This document shows, in pieces, positions 62,237 through 64,000 of a stretch of 64,000 bases of DNA. This DNA is from Nostoc sp. (GTDB lineage: Bacteria; Cyanobacteriota; Cyanobacteriia; Cyanobacteriales; Nostocaceae), in NCBI GenBank assembly GCA_036918135.1, contig JBALDB010000029.1, positions 32,001 to 96,000 on the forward strand. The letters run 5' to 3'. A model generated the notes under the pieces. It saw only the letters and a list, made by a program, of their open reading frames with translations. It did no database searches and had not been told where the DNA came from. The first letter of the stretch is position 1, and every line of letters starts with the position of its first letter. The position numbers and the translations under genes are program-made.

Positions 62237-63019
62237 TTAATTGATTGGTTCGGCAAGGTGTACGCTAGTGCGATAGACCAAGTACACAAAACCATTCTCA
62301 TCACAAAAACGCTGATACAATTCTTGAAAATTATCAATAAGTTTTTTATCTGCCAAGCCTTCACTAGGTAGATAAGAAACACTTTTTGCTCGTCCGATAA
62401 GCCCAGTTAAATCTAACTGTTGTCTATAAGTAAAAGTGTATTCGCGGATATTAATAAAATTAGGAGTAGCTAAAAGTGGCTCTACTGACTGCATCCTTGA
62501 TTCTGCTGGGTGATTGTTAGATGCTTCACGGACTATTCGGCTATATTCTGCCGTTAAATCATCTTCTTTATCCCGGTTATTCCATACCACAGCTAAGTGT
62601 CCTGACGGTTTTAAAATCCGATGAAATTCTGATAACGCTGGTTCTGGATTGAACCAATGAAAAGCTTGAAAACAAGTAACCAAATCAACAGATTGCTCAG
62701 TAAGTTTGGTAAATTCTGCTGTTCCATCACCAAACTCTACTAAAGGGTACGCTTGAGCGGCTTCTCTCATCGCTACATTTGGTTCTATGGCGATGACATT
62801 AACTCCACGTTCAGCAAGTAATCTTGAACTAATTCCTGTACCAGCACCAATATCTGCTGCGATAATTTGTGAATTTTTATCTAATCCTTCCAAAATAATA
62901 TCAATTGCATCTGGAGGGTAGCTTGGTCGGTATTTAACATAATCTTCCGCTCTATCGGAAAATCGGTTAAGCGGGTTTAGGGTATGTAGAGGAGTTGTTT
63001 CAAAATTAGTTTGGCTCAT
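62237..63019 (-). CDS. class I SAM-dependent methyltransferase
   Basis: YVKYRPSYP, DIGAGTG and QAFHWF motifs. Confidence 0.88.
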   Translation of the reverse strand: MSQTNFETTPLHTLNPLNRFSDRAEDYVKYRPSYPPDAIDIILEGLDKNSQIIAADIGAGTGISSRLLAERGVNVIAIEPNVAMREAAQAYPLVEFGDGTAEFTKLTEQSVDLVTCFQAFHWFNPEPALSEFHRILKPSGHLAVVWNNRDKEDDLTAEYSRIVREASNNHPAESRMQSVEPLLATPNFINIREYTFTYRQQLDLTGLIGRAKSVSYLPSEGLADKKLIDNFQELYQRFCDENGFVYLVYRTSVHLAEPIN

Positions 63020-63118
63020 GAATTTTTAGGTAAAAGAAAAAATTAACCTGTTACTTGGGTATATTTCCAGGGAAACATAGAACTGTAGCCCATGAAATGT
63101 GTGAGTCTACCAGAAATT

Positions 63119-63973
63119 ATGACAGCTAAAACGATCAGCATTTGCAATCTCAAGGGTGGAGTTGGGAAAACTACTATCGTCATGGCATTAGCGGAATATT
63201 TAGCAGGGGACACCATGTATGGCAAGCGAGTGCTGGTTATTGACCTCGATCCTCAGTGTAATTTAACAAATATTTTAATGTCAGAAGATGTATGGTTTAG
63301 TCAATTTGAAAGGAATAAGTTGACTTTACCTTATTTATTTAAACGACCTAAAGATTTTCTAGATCGTCTTAAAAACGAGGACTTTATAGCTAAACGAGAT
63401 ATTTCTAATCTAAAAGCTAAATTTCAATCTTTACACCTAATACCTAGTAGCCCTATATTATTTGAAATTCAAGAAGAATTACCTGAAGGATTTTATTATA
63501 ATCTAGGATTAAAACCGATTGATTTACTGAAGGAAGTTATAAATAGTCTATCTAAAAAATACGATTATGTTTTGATTGATTGCCCACCAACAATTAACAA
63601 AACAATTAAAAGTGCATTTTTAGCAAGTGATTTTTGTATTTTGCCTTGCACCCCTAACAGGATGTCAATTGGTGGATTAAGATTAATTTTAAGACATATT
63701 AAAAAGTTTAATAATGAAAATGGGCATAATTTAAAATCTTTAGGAACTTTAATCTCTAGATTTAATGTATCTAGAGCTAGTTATAATCAATTAGTTGAAT
63801 TGATTATAACTAGCTCTGATTTTCCATCAGTATTTAGAACTAAAATTACTGAAAGAGCACAATTAGCTAAAAATTTAGATTTTGGAGAGAAGTTGACATA
63901 TAAACAAAAATATGGTGATTTATATGATTCTCTAAAAGATTTTGCTCAAGAAGTGATTCAGAGAGTTAAGTAA
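63119..63973 (+). CDS. ParA/Soj family ATPase
   Basis: KGGVGKTT, IDLDPQCN and IDCPP motifs; ATG at 63119 chosen. Confidence 0.88.
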   Translation: MTAKTISICNLKGGVGKTTIVMALAEYLAGDTMYGKRVLVIDLDPQCNLTNILMSEDVWFSQFERNKLTLPYLFKRPKDFLDRLKNEDFIAKRDISNLKAKFQSLHLIPSSPILFEIQEELPEGFYYNLGLKPIDLLKEVINSLSKKYDYVLIDCPPTINKTIKSAFLASDFCILPCTPNRMSIGGLRLILRHIKKFNNENGHNLKSLGTLISRFNVSRASYNQLVELIITSSDFPSVFRTKITERAQLAKNLDFGEKLTYKQKYGDLYDSLKDFAQEVIQRVK

Positions 63974-64000
63974 ATAAAAGTACAACGGACGTTTTCCTAT

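Overview
Chromosomal window from a filamentous cyanobacterium, most likely Nostocales (Nostoc-like). This is inferred from dense HIP1 (GCGATCGC) sites, STRR heptamer repeats and gene content. Housekeeping and metabolic genes: sir, rsmE, mazG, proA, menF/A/C/E plus DHNA-CoA thioesterase, nadA, gshA, trmL, a LysM/M23 peptidase, glcEF, ssuDE, ureDABC and three tRNAs (Ser-TGA, Tyr-GTA, Thr-GGT). Accessory content: a PPIase plus HlyB-type ABC pair, a GluR0-like channel, an FG-GAP-repeat S8 protease, a decayed toxin-antitoxin islet next to tRNA-Ser with a gene split by an internally deleted IS701-type element, an RTX protein with an apparently exact 513-bp duplication, a PaoABC-like molybdoenzyme flanked by oxygenases, a KAP NTPase and a ParA-like ATPase. 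Most notable observations: (1) a GxxExxY gene inserted antisense into the urease operon and enclosed flush by ~41-bp inverted repeats, with related repeats scattered elsewhere; (2) a ribbon-helix-helix tail on sulfite reductase, plus a shared motif upstream of sir, ssuD and an unknown 74-aa ORF; (3) an orphan microviridin-leader-like precursor with a non-canonical core; (4) in-frame insertions into HIP1 sites in glcE, one of which seems to supply the start codon. All calls are by eye from sequence and motif recognition; no searches were run.
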